DNA from: Candidatus Latescibacterota bacterium
GTDB lineage: Bacteria; Latescibacterota; UBA2968; UBA8231
Reading direction: 5' to 3'
DNA length: 64,000 bases
Assembly: GCA_965197905.1 (NCBI GenBank)
Contig: CBDAOB010000004.1
Span: 1,216,001 to 1,280,000, forward strand
The translations under genes were made by a program, and so were the position numbers. The notes under the pieces are model-generated. The model was not told the DNA's origin and ran no database searches. It saw nothing but the letters and a program-made list of their open reading frames with translations. The number at the start of each line of letters is the position of its first letter. Within the stretch, counting starts at the first letter, position 1. This document shows, in pieces, positions 49,887 to 60,048 of the stretch.

Positions 49887-51155
49887 TCATGGCTTTTCTC
49901 CCATCACGTTCAGGCAGATCATCTCCTTGTGGTTGCGGATATACAACCTGCCGCCCGACAGGGTAGGAGCGGTCCAGCATTTGTCCTCGAGTATCTGTAC
50001 ACTGGCTATTTCCCTGTATTCTTCAGACGTGGCTTCCGCCAGTGCCAACTTCCCCTCGCCGCCGAGCACGATCAAATGTCCGTCGGCGACGATCAACGAA
50101 CCCTTTCCGGGGCCCCGGCTCGCCCACTGCTGAGCCCCCGTGCTGGCATCGATACACTTTAGAATCGAGCCGTCGAAGCCGTAGAGATAGTTTCCGTGCA
50201 ATACCGATGAGCTGTAGTGATTTTCCATCGCTCGATTCTTCCAACGTTGCTCTACGACAAGGCCGTCACCAACCGCATTAATCTGAAGAAGTGCACCGCC
50301 GTAGTCGTACGAGGAAGAGACGAATATCCTGTCATCGGGAACGTAGATCGGAGTGGGAACGGCGATCCCGTGGTGCACCAGCCAAGGATAGGTCCAGAAC
50401 ACCCGACCATCCCGCGGTGAGACGGAGACGAGATTCTCCGAGGTGAGAAAGATGATTTGTCGATGGCCCTTGGAGGAAATCGATATGGGTGACGAATAAG
50501 CGGCCTTATCGGAGTGCGTTGTCCACCGCACCTCCCCGGTATCTCGCGCGAACGAGGCAATCGATTTTTCACCCTCACCCCCCACTTCCACAATGAGCTG
50601 ATCGCCCTCAATGAGAGGCGAGGTGGAAAAGCCCCACCGTGGTACGGTGCTCCCGAATTCCTGGACGAAGTCGCGCTGCCACAGCGTTTCACCCGACTCG
50701 GCGTTCAGGGCGTATAGCTTCCCGTACGAGGAAAGCGCAAACAACAGATCTCCGTCTACCGTCGGCGTCGATCGCGGACCGTTGCCGTATTCTTCGAGAA
50801 AGGTGCTGTCGGCGTGAACGCGCCATTTCTCCTCCCCGCTGGAAGCATTAAAACACACCACGAACTCGGCGGTACTATCCGCCAGCATCGTATACCCGCG
50901 GCCCCCAGAGATGGAGATGCCGGAGAATCCGCTTCCGAACGGAATTCGCCAGAGAACCTCCGGGCCCTCCTTTGGCCAGCTCTTGAGAAGCCCTGTTTCG
51001 CGGGAATTGCCGTCGCGGTGCGGACCGCGCCATTGCGACCATTCAGCGAGCGGCTCTCGGGGATCGGAGTCACCGCCCGCCCCGCAAGAAGCCCAATACA
51101 ACGGAGAGGTTGCGACAAAACAGATTAGAACCAGGAAATGTGTTTTCCTACACAT
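49887..51155 (-). CDS. PQQ-binding-like beta-propeller lipoprotein
   Basis: WSQWRGPHRDG, GPRSTP, AYSSP, CWTAPTLSGGRLYIR. Confidence 0.88.
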   Translation of the reverse strand: MCRKTHFLVLICFVATSPLYWASCGAGGDSDPREPLAEWSQWRGPHRDGNSRETGLLKSWPKEGPEVLWRIPFGSGFSGISISGGRGYTMLADSTAEFVVCFNASSGEEKWRVHADSTFLEEYGNGPRSTPTVDGDLLFALSSYGKLYALNAESGETLWQRDFVQEFGSTVPRWGFSTSPLIEGDQLIVEVGGEGEKSIASFARDTGEVRWTTHSDKAAYSSPISISSKGHRQIIFLTSENLVSVSPRDGRVFWTYPWLVHHGIAVPTPIYVPDDRIFVSSSYDYGGALLQINAVGDGLVVEQRWKNRAMENHYSSSVLHGNYLYGFDGSILKCIDASTGAQQWASRGPGKGSLIVADGHLIVLGGEGKLALAEATSEEYREIASVQILEDKCWTAPTLSGGRLYIRNHKEMICLNVMGEKP

Positions 51156-51349
51156 AATTACCTCCTTCAACGCCTACGTCCTCAACAAGCACGGACAAAC
51201 AGAGCAGGCCAGTGGGCGTCGATATATCACGGGTAGAAAACGGCGCCAAGAAAGCCGAGATTTTAAGGGTGTGACTGTTTTGTGGAGATGATGTTGTAGT
51301 CGGTTCATTTTGGAATCGGCTGGGCTTGAGATTGAGTTCATGAGGGAGA

Positions 51350-52270
51350 ATGGCAATGGCAATGGAGAAACGCCCCTTCGGTCAGACCGGCGAGGAAGTA
51401 ACCGTCATCGGCCTGGGCGGGGCCGGCCTGTACAAGCACTCCTTCGCGGAAGGGGTCGCCACCGTGCATCGGGCCCTGGAGCTCGGGGTCAACTATTTGG
51501 ACACCGCCCCTCATTATTGCAGGGGAATGAGCCAGCCTATCTTCGGCGATGCACTCAGGGATCGGCCCGAAGACTTCCTATTCGCAGCCAAAATCGGAAT
51601 GCTTCCGTACTCGCCCAGGTTCCGTTCCTACGATGCGCTGCGAGCCCAGCTTGACGAAAACCTGCGCCTCCTGCGGCGAGAGACGGTGGACGTTCTCCAG
51701 GCGCATGACGTGGATGCACACCGGTGGTGGACGGACACACCGCCTGAGGACAAGCGGGCGCCGGGAATTCGGGTGCTGCGCGAAGCCAAGGAAGAGGGTC
51801 TCTGCCGGTTCACTGGCGTTACAGGTGGTCAGTTCGCCGGCGTCGCGAGAGTCTTCAACGACGTGGATGTCGATGCCTGCCTTCCCGCGTTCCATTACGA
51901 CGTCCTGCGAAGGGGCGCACGCCGCGAGGTGATCCCTCTAGTACGTAGCAGGAACGCCGCGGTAATATTAGGTGGGATATTCAGGCTGCTACCCATTTTC
52001 GCAGACATCACGAACTGGTTGAGCTCGCCTCCCGACGGGACCACTCCGGAGCTCGTGGACCGCATAAAGCGTCTCTATGCAGTCCACAGCGACTCGGGCC
52101 TTTCGGTAGTGGAGTTGACGATTCGGTACCTGGTAGCTGATCGAGACGTGAGCACAATACTGGTGGGCGCCGCGACGCCGGGCGAGATAGAAGAGAGCGT
52201 TGCGGCGGCCGAGAGAGGCCCACTCCCGGCGGACCTCCACGCCGTCATCGAAGACCTGGAGTTGCCGTAA
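51350..52270 (+). CDS. Aldo/keto reductase
   Basis: GVNYLDTAPHY, AAKIG, LQAHD; paralogous to 44999..45952. Confidence 0.85.
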   Translation: MAMAMEKRPFGQTGEEVTVIGLGGAGLYKHSFAEGVATVHRALELGVNYLDTAPHYCRGMSQPIFGDALRDRPEDFLFAAKIGMLPYSPRFRSYDALRAQLDENLRLLRRETVDVLQAHDVDAHRWWTDTPPEDKRAPGIRVLREAKEEGLCRFTGVTGGQFAGVARVFNDVDVDACLPAFHYDVLRRGARREVIPLVRSRNAAVILGGIFRLLPIFADITNWLSSPPDGTTPELVDRIKRLYAVHSDSGLSVVELTIRYLVADRDVSTILVGAATPGEIEESVAAAERGPLPADLHAVIEDLELP

Positions 52271-52382
52271 GGGGGTCGACAAAGCGAACCGAGACGGGCC
52301 TGCGAGATCCATATCCTTAAAGGTGCCACGAGCACCAGCTGCTCACCCCTATCGTCTCTGACACGTTCACCCTCCGACGAAC

Positions 52383-52522
52383 TCACGGTATATCGCAACC
52401 TCGCGATATACCGTGATCATTCCACCTAGAAGCCGATAAATTTTCAGGGCAGCTTCAAAGCCTTAACATATTGTTATGTATACTCTTACGAGCATTTCTA
52501 CGCCACTGGCACGGTTGTTGAT
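52383..52522 (+). promoter_or_regulatory. Candidate sigma54 promoter with IHF-like site and upstream inverted repeat
   Basis: TGGCACG-GTTG-TTGAT at 52507-52522, TAACATATTGTTAT at 52464-52477, perfect 14-bp inverted repeat at 52383-52416. Confidence 0.5.
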
Positions 52523-52583
52523 TGGGGATTGGTAGCGAGACACTCAGCCTCCATCAAAATGAGCGCGAAAAAGGAGACGACCG

Positions 52584-53849
52584 ATGTCAAGAATCTCTGT
52601 TTCAGGAATGATAGCGATCCTGGTTATGTCCTTCGCCGGCTGCGGCGGCAGCGAGGACAAATCACCCCTGGCATCTCCCACGCCGTCGACCCCATCATCG
52701 GGAAGCATCGCGGAAGATTCGACGACGCCTGGAAACGATGGGGAAAGCGCCCAAGCAGGTACGGATGCGTCGACCGACTCGTCGCCTATCTTGGGTGGCG
52801 GGACCGGGATGGGGTCTGCGACCTCATTGCCTTCCCCGAGCGGACTTAATCCTTCGTTCGTGGGCAACTTCCTCGACGTAAACAGCTTTCCCCTCAATCT
52901 GATTCTGTCCGGCGGACCACCCAAGGATGGTATTCCCGCACTGACGAATCCGACGTTTGCGGCGGATGCCACGTATTTGTTCGACGAAGATCTGGTCCTG
53001 GGCGTGGTGATCAATGGCGTGGCCCGCGCCTACCCGCACAATATCGGTTGGTGGCACGAGATTGTGAACGACGAGATCGGCGGCGAGTTCATATCCGTGA
53101 CCTTCTGCCCCCTCACCGGCACCGGATTGGTATTCGACGCCACCGACGAAACCGGTGAGCAGTTCGAACTCGGCGTCTCCGGCCTGCTCTTCAACACCAA
53201 TCTGATCATGTATGATCGCCGCGACGGCACGACCCTTTATCCGCAAATGACCTTCACGGGCCTGCAGGGCTCCCGTGAAGGCCAAGCATTGAGCCTGCTA
53301 CCGGTGGTGGAGACTACGTGGAGCACCTGGAAAAGACTACATCCAGATACGCAGGTTGTAGCCGAGGGGCCGTACTCCGTTACCAGGTATGGCAGTTATC
53401 CCTATGGCAACTACCGCAGCAACGACGGCCAGTTTCTCTTCCCTCTGACGCCCCCCCTGCAATCCTTCGACGGCGCTAAGGATATGGTCCTGGGGGTGCG
53501 GCTGGACGGCGAAGCCAAGGCGTATCCGTTCGAGAAGATGGGGCAGCAGGCGATCATCAACGACCAGGTAGGAGGTGTGGACATCGCGGTGTTGTGGGAT
53601 CGGGGGAGTTCGCTCGCCATTCCGTACGCCCGCGAGGTGGGCGACCAGGTATTGAGCTTCGAGCTCCAGACCGACGACGGCTTCCCGTTCCTGTTGAGAG
53701 ACCGGGAAACGCAAAGCCTGTGGAATGTGAACGGACAGGCCATCGAAGGTCCCCTGGAAGGCCAGCAGCTAACCCAGATTCCCGCCCACAATAGCATGTA
53801 TTTCGCCTGGATAACATTCTGGCAGAATAGTGAAGTGTGGAACCCGTAA
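52584..53849 (+). CDS. DUF3179 family lipoprotein
   Basis: Lipobox FAGC, Ser/Pro linker, GGPPKDGIPAL, HEIVND, TFCPLTGT, GVSGLL...MYDR. Confidence 0.85.
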   Translation: MSRISVSGMIAILVMSFAGCGGSEDKSPLASPTPSTPSSGSIAEDSTTPGNDGESAQAGTDASTDSSPILGGGTGMGSATSLPSPSGLNPSFVGNFLDVNSFPLNLILSGGPPKDGIPALTNPTFAADATYLFDEDLVLGVVINGVARAYPHNIGWWHEIVNDEIGGEFISVTFCPLTGTGLVFDATDETGEQFELGVSGLLFNTNLIMYDRRDGTTLYPQMTFTGLQGSREGQALSLLPVVETTWSTWKRLHPDTQVVAEGPYSVTRYGSYPYGNYRSNDGQFLFPLTPPLQSFDGAKDMVLGVRLDGEAKAYPFEKMGQQAIINDQVGGVDIAVLWDRGSSLAIPYAREVGDQVLSFELQTDDGFPFLLRDRETQSLWNVNGQAIEGPLEGQQLTQIPAHNSMYFAWITFWQNSEVWNP

Positions 53850-53882
53850 GGACAAGCCAAGGCGGTCGGGACGAGGGACGGC

Positions 53883-54773
53883 TCAGCTCTCGGGAGTTTC
53901 CCCGATATTGGCCAAGCGCTCTTTTGCCTGTGTGTAGGTCTCGTCGGGCAGCGGCCCTGTTTGGGCTGTAGCCGCATTGGCGTTGAGATGATCCACATCA
54001 GCGGTGCCCGCAATGGTGGTATGACATGCTGGGTGCGTCAGCGTGAAGCGAAGCACAAACTCGTAGCGGTTCATGCCTTCAGACAATTCATCGAGATGGG
54101 CATTGTCAAACTTGCCCCAGGTTTCCTCGCCGGCCATATGACCCTTGGCGACGCCCCCGCGGATAATAATGCCCGCTCCCAGTTCCGCGGCTTCGAGAAT
54201 CATATCTTCATGTTTTCTGGCCAGCGCTGAATACGGAATCTGAAACGTGTCGAAAACGCCCATGCGGGCGAAGGTCATCAAATCCGGTGCCATTGATGAA
54301 ACACCTATGAAACGGGTCTTGCCCGCCTGCTGAATCTCCTGCAGAACCGCGACGAGTCCGCCTTTCTCGACGTCCTCCACGGTTGGATTGTGCATCTGCA
54401 GCAGGTCCACCTGATCGGTCTTCATCCGCTCCAAGCTCTGATCGATGTTCCTGTGCAATCGATCTGCCGTCCATATGTGACGCGGCTCCCGTCTCACGTG
54501 GTCCGAGCCGACGTTGCAGCCGCATTTGGTTGCTAAGAAGAACTCATCGCGCCGCTGGCTGATATACTTGCCGATGCGCTCCTCGCTGAAGCCGTAGTCT
54601 GGCGCCGTATCAATAAAGTTGATACCCGCATCAAGCACTCCGTTGAGTACTCGTTCGGCCTGCTCTTCGGTAATTTCTTCCCTCGTGCCGCGCAGCTCCA
54701 TGGCACCAAAGCCGAGCTGGGTTACCTCCAGGCCCGTGCGACCAAGCGTTTTCTTCGGCAAATCCGGCGGCAT
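53883..54773 (-). CDS. Aldo/keto reductase
   Basis: LGFGAMELRG, GINFIDTAPDYG, LATKCG, LQMH. Confidence 0.9.
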   Translation of the reverse strand: MPPDLPKKTLGRTGLEVTQLGFGAMELRGTREEITEEQAERVLNGVLDAGINFIDTAPDYGFSEERIGKYISQRRDEFFLATKCGCNVGSDHVRREPRHIWTADRLHRNIDQSLERMKTDQVDLLQMHNPTVEDVEKGGLVAVLQEIQQAGKTRFIGVSSMAPDLMTFARMGVFDTFQIPYSALARKHEDMILEAAELGAGIIIRGGVAKGHMAGEETWGKFDNAHLDELSEGMNRYEFVLRFTLTHPACHTTIAGTADVDHLNANAATAQTGPLPDETYTQAKERLANIGETPES

Positions 54774-54830
54774 GTTCAACCTCCATTCAAGGGATACTGC
54801 AGTTCAAATCGTTCGGCCAACGTGTCCCGA

Positions 54831-55799
54831 CTAGCTCGGCACATTGCTCTTGTAGTCGAGGGGTAACTCGAAATCGATCAGTTCCGGAAAGTAACACTCG
54901 TGCGCGTCGCAAGCCTGGAATCGCAGACGCGCCTGTACTGTAAACGACTCTTTGCGATGGTTGCGAATCGGCGCCGTGAGCAGAATGCGGCCATCGTAGA
55001 TCGGCAGGGTCTCGCCGAGACCTTCCAAGAGAAGGAGTCTTGGCTCGGGATAGGCAACATCTCCAAAGTGGACATCCCCGACCTCCTGAAAGGTGAGCGT
55101 GGTCGGAACGTAGTTCTCCGGGAGCGGACGGCCATAGAGATGGCTGCCTTCTCTGACCTCGATCTCAGCGGTGAAGGTCAGCACCTGGCCTGGGCGGACG
55201 GTTCGCGCGGAGAGGTAAGCGGTCGCATCCACCCTTTCAGAGCTCGAAGTCTGCACCACGCCGCGGCTGGCATCCTCGATTCGAAAGACATCCCCGAGCA
55301 TACGAGAGACCGCATCCCGGACGCCGTGATTGGCGTAGAAGGAACGATCGATAACGGTGCCATGTTCGTCGGCCACTATAGTACCGGGAAAAGGGACCCC
55401 GTACCAGGCATGATCCACAGGGATGTGGGTGTTGAAAATACCGAAACGACGGATGACAGCGCTATCGGTATCGGCCAGTAGCGGATATGAGATATCGTGT
55501 TTCTCCGCGAATTCGCCAAGAACCTGCACCGTGTCATAGCTGATGGCGCAGACCCGGATGGCGTTGTTCTCGAATTCCGCTTCGCGTTCCTGCAGTTCGA
55601 CCAACTGCGTTCGGCAGGGAGGTCACCAGGAAGCGCTTCGATGAAAAAGGATCAGAGCCTTATTCGTCCCATCCGGCTGGTAGCGAAACGGCTTGCCGAA
55701 CTGATCGGGAAGGGTGAATTCGGGAATCCGCTCGCCGACCTCGGGACCCTTGGCAAACTCTTCGCTGGTGGGATCGCCGGAATTTTTCAGCTCTGCCAT
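54831..55799 (-). CDS. Peroxiredoxin-like (AhpC/TSA) selenoprotein with DsbD-N-like C-terminal domain; Sec at TGA 55625-55623
   Basis: AAGGAG RBS and ATG 55799 read MAELKN...GPEVGERIPEFTLPDQFG...HRSASW-U-PPCRTQLVELQ in frame with ORF 54831..55604; SECIS-like hairpin. Confidence 0.88.
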
Positions 55800-55863
55800 T
55801 TCTTAGAAACTCCTTCTGGCGATGTAACCGAGTCGCTTGGATTCCCTGGCTCGAACCGAAGAA

Positions 55864-57073
55864 TCAAGCGTACTGTTCCATCCTCTCGCTGACCGCTTTG
55901 CCCTTGCCCCTTACGATGTCGTCGCGTTGCCAGGTCGCCGCAGCGCGATAGATGTCACTCTCTTCGCCGACCGTCTTCTGAAGCTGTGCTGGCGTGAGCC
56001 ACTCAGCGCGATTTCCGTTTTCGACCAGCGATGCAGCCAGGGATTCTTCGGGTGAGTAACCGTAGACTCGACAAATGCCATCGTCCTGCTCGACGTCTTC
56101 GATATAGGACATCCACGGGACCTCGATCCCGATCTGCTGCTGCGTGAGCGCTTGCAGCGACCCGATCCGGGCCCCAACGTCCCAGCCGACACCCTCCTCT
56201 TCCTCCCAACCTTCGCCCCCGGGCAGTTCAAGCCGATCATTCTCCTGGTCGTGCAGTACGAGAAACTTAGACTGATCTCCCACCGAGTCCTCGATCAGTA
56301 AACGCGTTGTAGAGATCGGTTTGTCGAACCAGACCGGGATCAACCGCTTACCGAAGTCGCTGAGCGCTTCGAGGGCCGCCGGATCATATGGGTAGTAACC
56401 TGCCGCCGGCGGCGCGTTGACCGCACAGTACTTGTTGAAGATGCCGCAACGATCCTTGTCCGTTGTGCCTGGGGGAGCCTTGTGCCAGGTATGACCGTGC
56501 ATGAGTAGCAGGTCCCCGGCCTTGAGTTCAGAATCGATGAAATCGGGGAGCCGCTTTTCGTCGGGCCGCGTAACATCCCATATCGGACCAGTGGTATCCC
56601 ATTCCGACAGCCGGTGCGATCCAGGCGACACGAGAAGCGGACCGTATTCGGGGTTGAAATCCGTCAGCGGGATGATCGCAAACAGCCAGTTCATCGACGA
56701 GCCGACCGGTCGCCAGCGTTTGTAATCGCAGTGTGCGCCGCCCCCTTTGTCCCCGGGGACTCCGGAGATAAGCAACGTACGCGGTGAGGTGGGCAGGTTG
56801 TCCGAGCAACGCTTCCACGGCATCGACAACAACTGGATGTTCCGCGATCGGGGCCAGACCCGGCGCGGAAATTCGGTTGCCGCTGATGGTGTATTTGCCG
56901 GGTTCGGGATAAGTCAGGGTAGAGGGATATCCCATATGAGGGGTGTATTCCACTACGGTGCGGCGAAGATCGTCGGCTTCCCCTGAAGACAGCACATCGC
57001 GAATGATCAGGTAACCCTCTTTCTGGTAATCCGCGCTCTGCTGATCCGTCAAAGCAGCGGTCATTGTGGCCAT
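55864..57073 (-). pseudogene. Phytanoyl-CoA dioxygenase-family protein with one frameshift (~56755)
   Basis: EGYLIIRDVLS...AYLRSP (frame A) continues as GDKGGGAHCD...PGSH...GDLLLMHGHTWH (frame B); one extra base in GTCCCCGGGGAC. Confidence 0.8.
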
Positions 57074-57106
57074 GGTCGTGTCCTTGGTATTATCGCGCCG
57101 AGCGCA

Positions 57107-57400
57107 TCATTTCTCGCTGGCAACCTCAAAACGTTCGGAATCGGTCGGTTTGGACCAGAGGTCGGGAGCCCCGCTCATGACGGCCTCGCGTTCCGGACTG
57201 GCTTTCCATGCGTCGTAGATCTCGTTGCTCTCCCACGTCACAAGGGTTGTGATCTTCGTCTCGTCAGTCAGAGAATACAGCGTTTCCCGGCTGATGAACC
57301 CGGGTGCTCTGCTCTGCGCCAGGCCATTTCGATCCAGGAGCTCCCTGGCTGTGCCAAGCTGATCCTTCTTCGCCCAATGGTGTGTTAGTACGCCGATCAT
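57107..57400 (-). CDS. Antibiotic biosynthesis monooxygenase (ABM) family protein
   Basis: APGFISR, TWES...AWKASPE; 97-aa dimeric alpha-beta barrel pattern. Confidence 0.8.
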   Translation of the reverse strand: MIGVLTHHWAKKDQLGTARELLDRNGLAQSRAPGFISRETLYSLTDETKITTLVTWESNEIYDAWKASPEREAVMSGAPDLWSKPTDSERFEVASEK

Positions 57401-57451
57401 CGATTTCCCCGTCTGTGTTCGGTTTCGCGATTTCTTGCCGAACCCTTACTA

Positions 57452-57601
57452 ATCGATCCTCAATTCTTTCAGTGCCTTGAGAACGGTAACTCCATCAACA
57501 CGATCGTGGACCCGGTCGAGCCATTGAGCTCGGATAATACTGTTTGAATCGATCAGGTAGGTGCTGGTAATGCCGTATTTGTCGACGACATTCAGTCGAT
57601 C
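57452..57601 (-). pseudogene. C-terminal fragment of a peroxiredoxin/redoxin-like gene
   Basis: DRLNVVDKYGITSTYLIDSNSIIRAQW...VLKALKRI with no start codon or N-terminal half. Confidence 0.45.
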
Positions 57602-57628
57602 GTGTGCCGGTTTTCGCCCAGGATTCGC

Positions 57629-58876
57629 TCATCCTCCCGCAGCTTTGACGTCATAGGCGAACAGCAATTCCTGGTCGCGCATGAAGAGCGTCCCGTTGGC
57701 AACCACCGGGGAAGCCCAGATGCCACCATCCGGTTTTCGCAGCTTTGACAGCGGAGTGAGCTTGAAGCGGCCGTGCTCAGTGTATTTGTCCGGTCGAGCC
57801 TCGATCAGCGCCACGTCTCCATCCTGGCCCAAACAGTAGAAGCGGCCGTCGGCGAAGGTCAGCGAACCTTTTGCCGGTCCGTTCTGCTCTTCGTTCCACA
57901 ACAGTTTGCCGGTGTCGAACGCCTGGCAAGCCCATCCGACCTTGTCGGAATAGCCGTAGATGTGATTGTCCAGAAGAAGGACGCCGCCGTGGTGATTCTT
58001 CATGACCTTGTTGGAGTAGACTTCTGTCGGCTGTTGGTCGGGGCCGATCTCCACCACCTTGCAGCCGACGCCATACCCGGCGGTAACGTAGACCCTATTG
58101 TTCCGCGATATCGGAGTGGGAGCTACGGCCACGGCGCCGGGAAACTCAGCGCGCCAAAGGAGCTTTCCGGATGCGGGTTCGATTCCGACAACGCTCTTCA
58201 TGGTGAGCTGAACGTATTGGCGGGCGCCTTGAATCAACGGAGCAATCATGGAGGTGTACTGGGCTTGATCGGTGAATTCCTTGGACTGCCAGATGAGCGC
58301 GCCAGATTGCGCATCCAGAGCGGCGATCGCACCGTTTGCACCCCCCGGTGTACAGAGTACTCTGCCGCCGTCGACCAGGACCGACTCCGTATAGCCCCAC
58401 CTAGGGACCGTACCTCCCAGCTCAGCGAGATTCTGCTGCCAGATCAGGGAGCCGTTCTCAACGTTGAGGCAAACGAGGTTGCCACTCGCGCCCAGGGCGT
58501 AAACGCGATTCTCATATACCGTTGGCGTCGATCGCGGGCCGTTTCCCCAGTGGTTTTCGAACAAAGTACCGATCTCGGTCGACCAAACCTCAGCCCCGGT
58601 CTCGACGTCTACCGCGATAGCAAACTCGGCATCACCCCGGGAACCCATGGTGTAGAGCCGCCCGCCGGCCACCGCGAAACTGGAATAACCGAGACCGGCG
58701 TCGCGGAAGAGCCACTTGAATTTGGGTCCGCCTTCGGGCCAATGCTGGAGCAATCCTTTTTCAGCAGATATGTTGGTCCGATCGGGACCGCGCCACTGGG
58801 GCCAGTCCGTTCCGGCTGAGGGTTGGCAACCAACGACCCCGGCCAAAACGAGGAGGAGACATTTTCGTTGTTTCAT
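57629..58876 (-). CDS. PQQ-binding-like beta-propeller lipoprotein
   Basis: Lipobox VVGC, WPQWRGPDR, GPRSTP, NHHGG, WASPVVANG. Confidence 0.88.
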   Translation of the reverse strand: MKQRKCLLLVLAGVVGCQPSAGTDWPQWRGPDRTNISAEKGLLQHWPEGGPKFKWLFRDAGLGYSSFAVAGGRLYTMGSRGDAEFAIAVDVETGAEVWSTEIGTLFENHWGNGPRSTPTVYENRVYALGASGNLVCLNVENGSLIWQQNLAELGGTVPRWGYTESVLVDGGRVLCTPGGANGAIAALDAQSGALIWQSKEFTDQAQYTSMIAPLIQGARQYVQLTMKSVVGIEPASGKLLWRAEFPGAVAVAPTPISRNNRVYVTAGYGVGCKVVEIGPDQQPTEVYSNKVMKNHHGGVLLLDNHIYGYSDKVGWACQAFDTGKLLWNEEQNGPAKGSLTFADGRFYCLGQDGDVALIEARPDKYTEHGRFKLTPLSKLRKPDGGIWASPVVANGTLFMRDQELLFAYDVKAAGG

Positions 58877-59076
58877 GGGGCTTATCCTTCCACTTTGTGG
58901 CTTGCTTGAATACCAAACTCAATCTATCGAAAAACAGCCCTAACTGAAAAACAGAAGCTCTTGATTTGAGGACTGCGCACGGCGTCGATGAGGACCGCCG
59001 CCGGCACGCGCGACTCGGCTGAACTCCTGTCGGAAGCAGAGGGTCTGCACTATTATCTGAGACCGGAGGAACCTGG

Positions 59077-60048
59077 ATGAACCTCAAACCATACACGCAC
59101 GTCATCTATGCCGCTGCGGCCTTGTTTGCAATCTCGAGCTGCGGCACGGAGGGGGACGGTCGCCGCTTTCTCAGTGTCGGCACAGCCCCGCCAGGTGGCG
59201 CGTTCTTTGTCGTCGGTGGCGCCATTGCCCAGGTGGTCGGCGCTCACTCGGCCGACCGCGTTTGGCAAATCTCGGCCGAGGCCACCAAGGGTACGCAGGA
59301 AAACATACGAAGGTTGAACCGTGGCGAGTTGCAGTTCGCCCTGGCGAACGCGGCCATCACCTTTTTTGCGGTGCGCGGCGAGGGGGCCTGGGGCGAGAAG
59401 CAGAACGTCAAAACGGTGGCGACACTTGCCCCTAACGTCGCTCTTTTCATCGCGCCCGCCACAGAGGAGATCGAACGCATCGGCGATCTCAAGGGCAAAC
59501 GTGTGGTCGTGGGCCCGGCGGGAGCTGGCTTCGAATATTTCCTCGAGCCGATCCTCGCCGCACACGGTGTCACCTACAACGACTTCACACCGTTGCACAA
59601 CACCCAGGCTGGCGCGGTCGACATGCTTGCAGATGGCTCTGCCGGCGCTGCGTTTCTGGGGGGCGCCGTGCCCACGGCTTCCATCACCCAGGCATCAGCG
59701 AGCCAAGAAATCCGCTTCGTGCCCTACGAGACCACGGCATTGACCCAGCTGTTCGAGCATTACCCCTTCTTTAACAGCGCGACGATCAAAGCCGGCACCT
59801 ACCGCGGTCAAGCCGAGGACTTTCACGGAATGAATGTGGGCGCCATGCACCTCATCGCCGGAGCCAGTCTAGACGAAGACACCGTGTATTACTTCACCAA
59901 GACCCTCTATGAGAATCGCGCCGAGGTGGTCAAACACCACCCCGCCGGCAAAGCGATCAACCCCAAGAACGTAGTTCGCGATACCGGGACTCCATTCCAT
60001 CCAGGGGCCGAACGCTATTATCGGGAGATCGGCATCTGGCCCCGGTGA
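59077..60048 (+). CDS. TAXI-family TRAP transporter solute-binding lipoprotein
   Basis: GTAPPGG, ATKGTQEN, DLKGKRV, PFHPGAERYY. Confidence 0.92.
   Translation: MNLKPYTHVIYAAAALFAISSCGTEGDGRRFLSVGTAPPGGAFFVVGGAIAQVVGAHSADRVWQISAEATKGTQENIRRLNRGELQFALANAAITFFAVRGEGAWGEKQNVKTVATLAPNVALFIAPATEEIERIGDLKGKRVVVGPAGAGFEYFLEPILAAHGVTYNDFTPLHNTQAGAVDMLADGSAGAAFLGGAVPTASITQASASQEIRFVPYETTALTQLFEHYPFFNSATIKAGTYRGQAEDFHGMNVGAMHLIAGASLDEDTVYYFTKTLYENRAEVVKHHPAGKAINPKNVVRDTGTPFHPGAERYYREIGIWPR

Noticed and set aside
52584..53849. DUF3179 as a third selenoprotein
   Set aside because: The ORF is uninterrupted and encodes Cys (TFCPLT).
57773..58819. 348-aa plus-strand ORF
   Set aside because: Antisense to the PQQ-like propeller gene.
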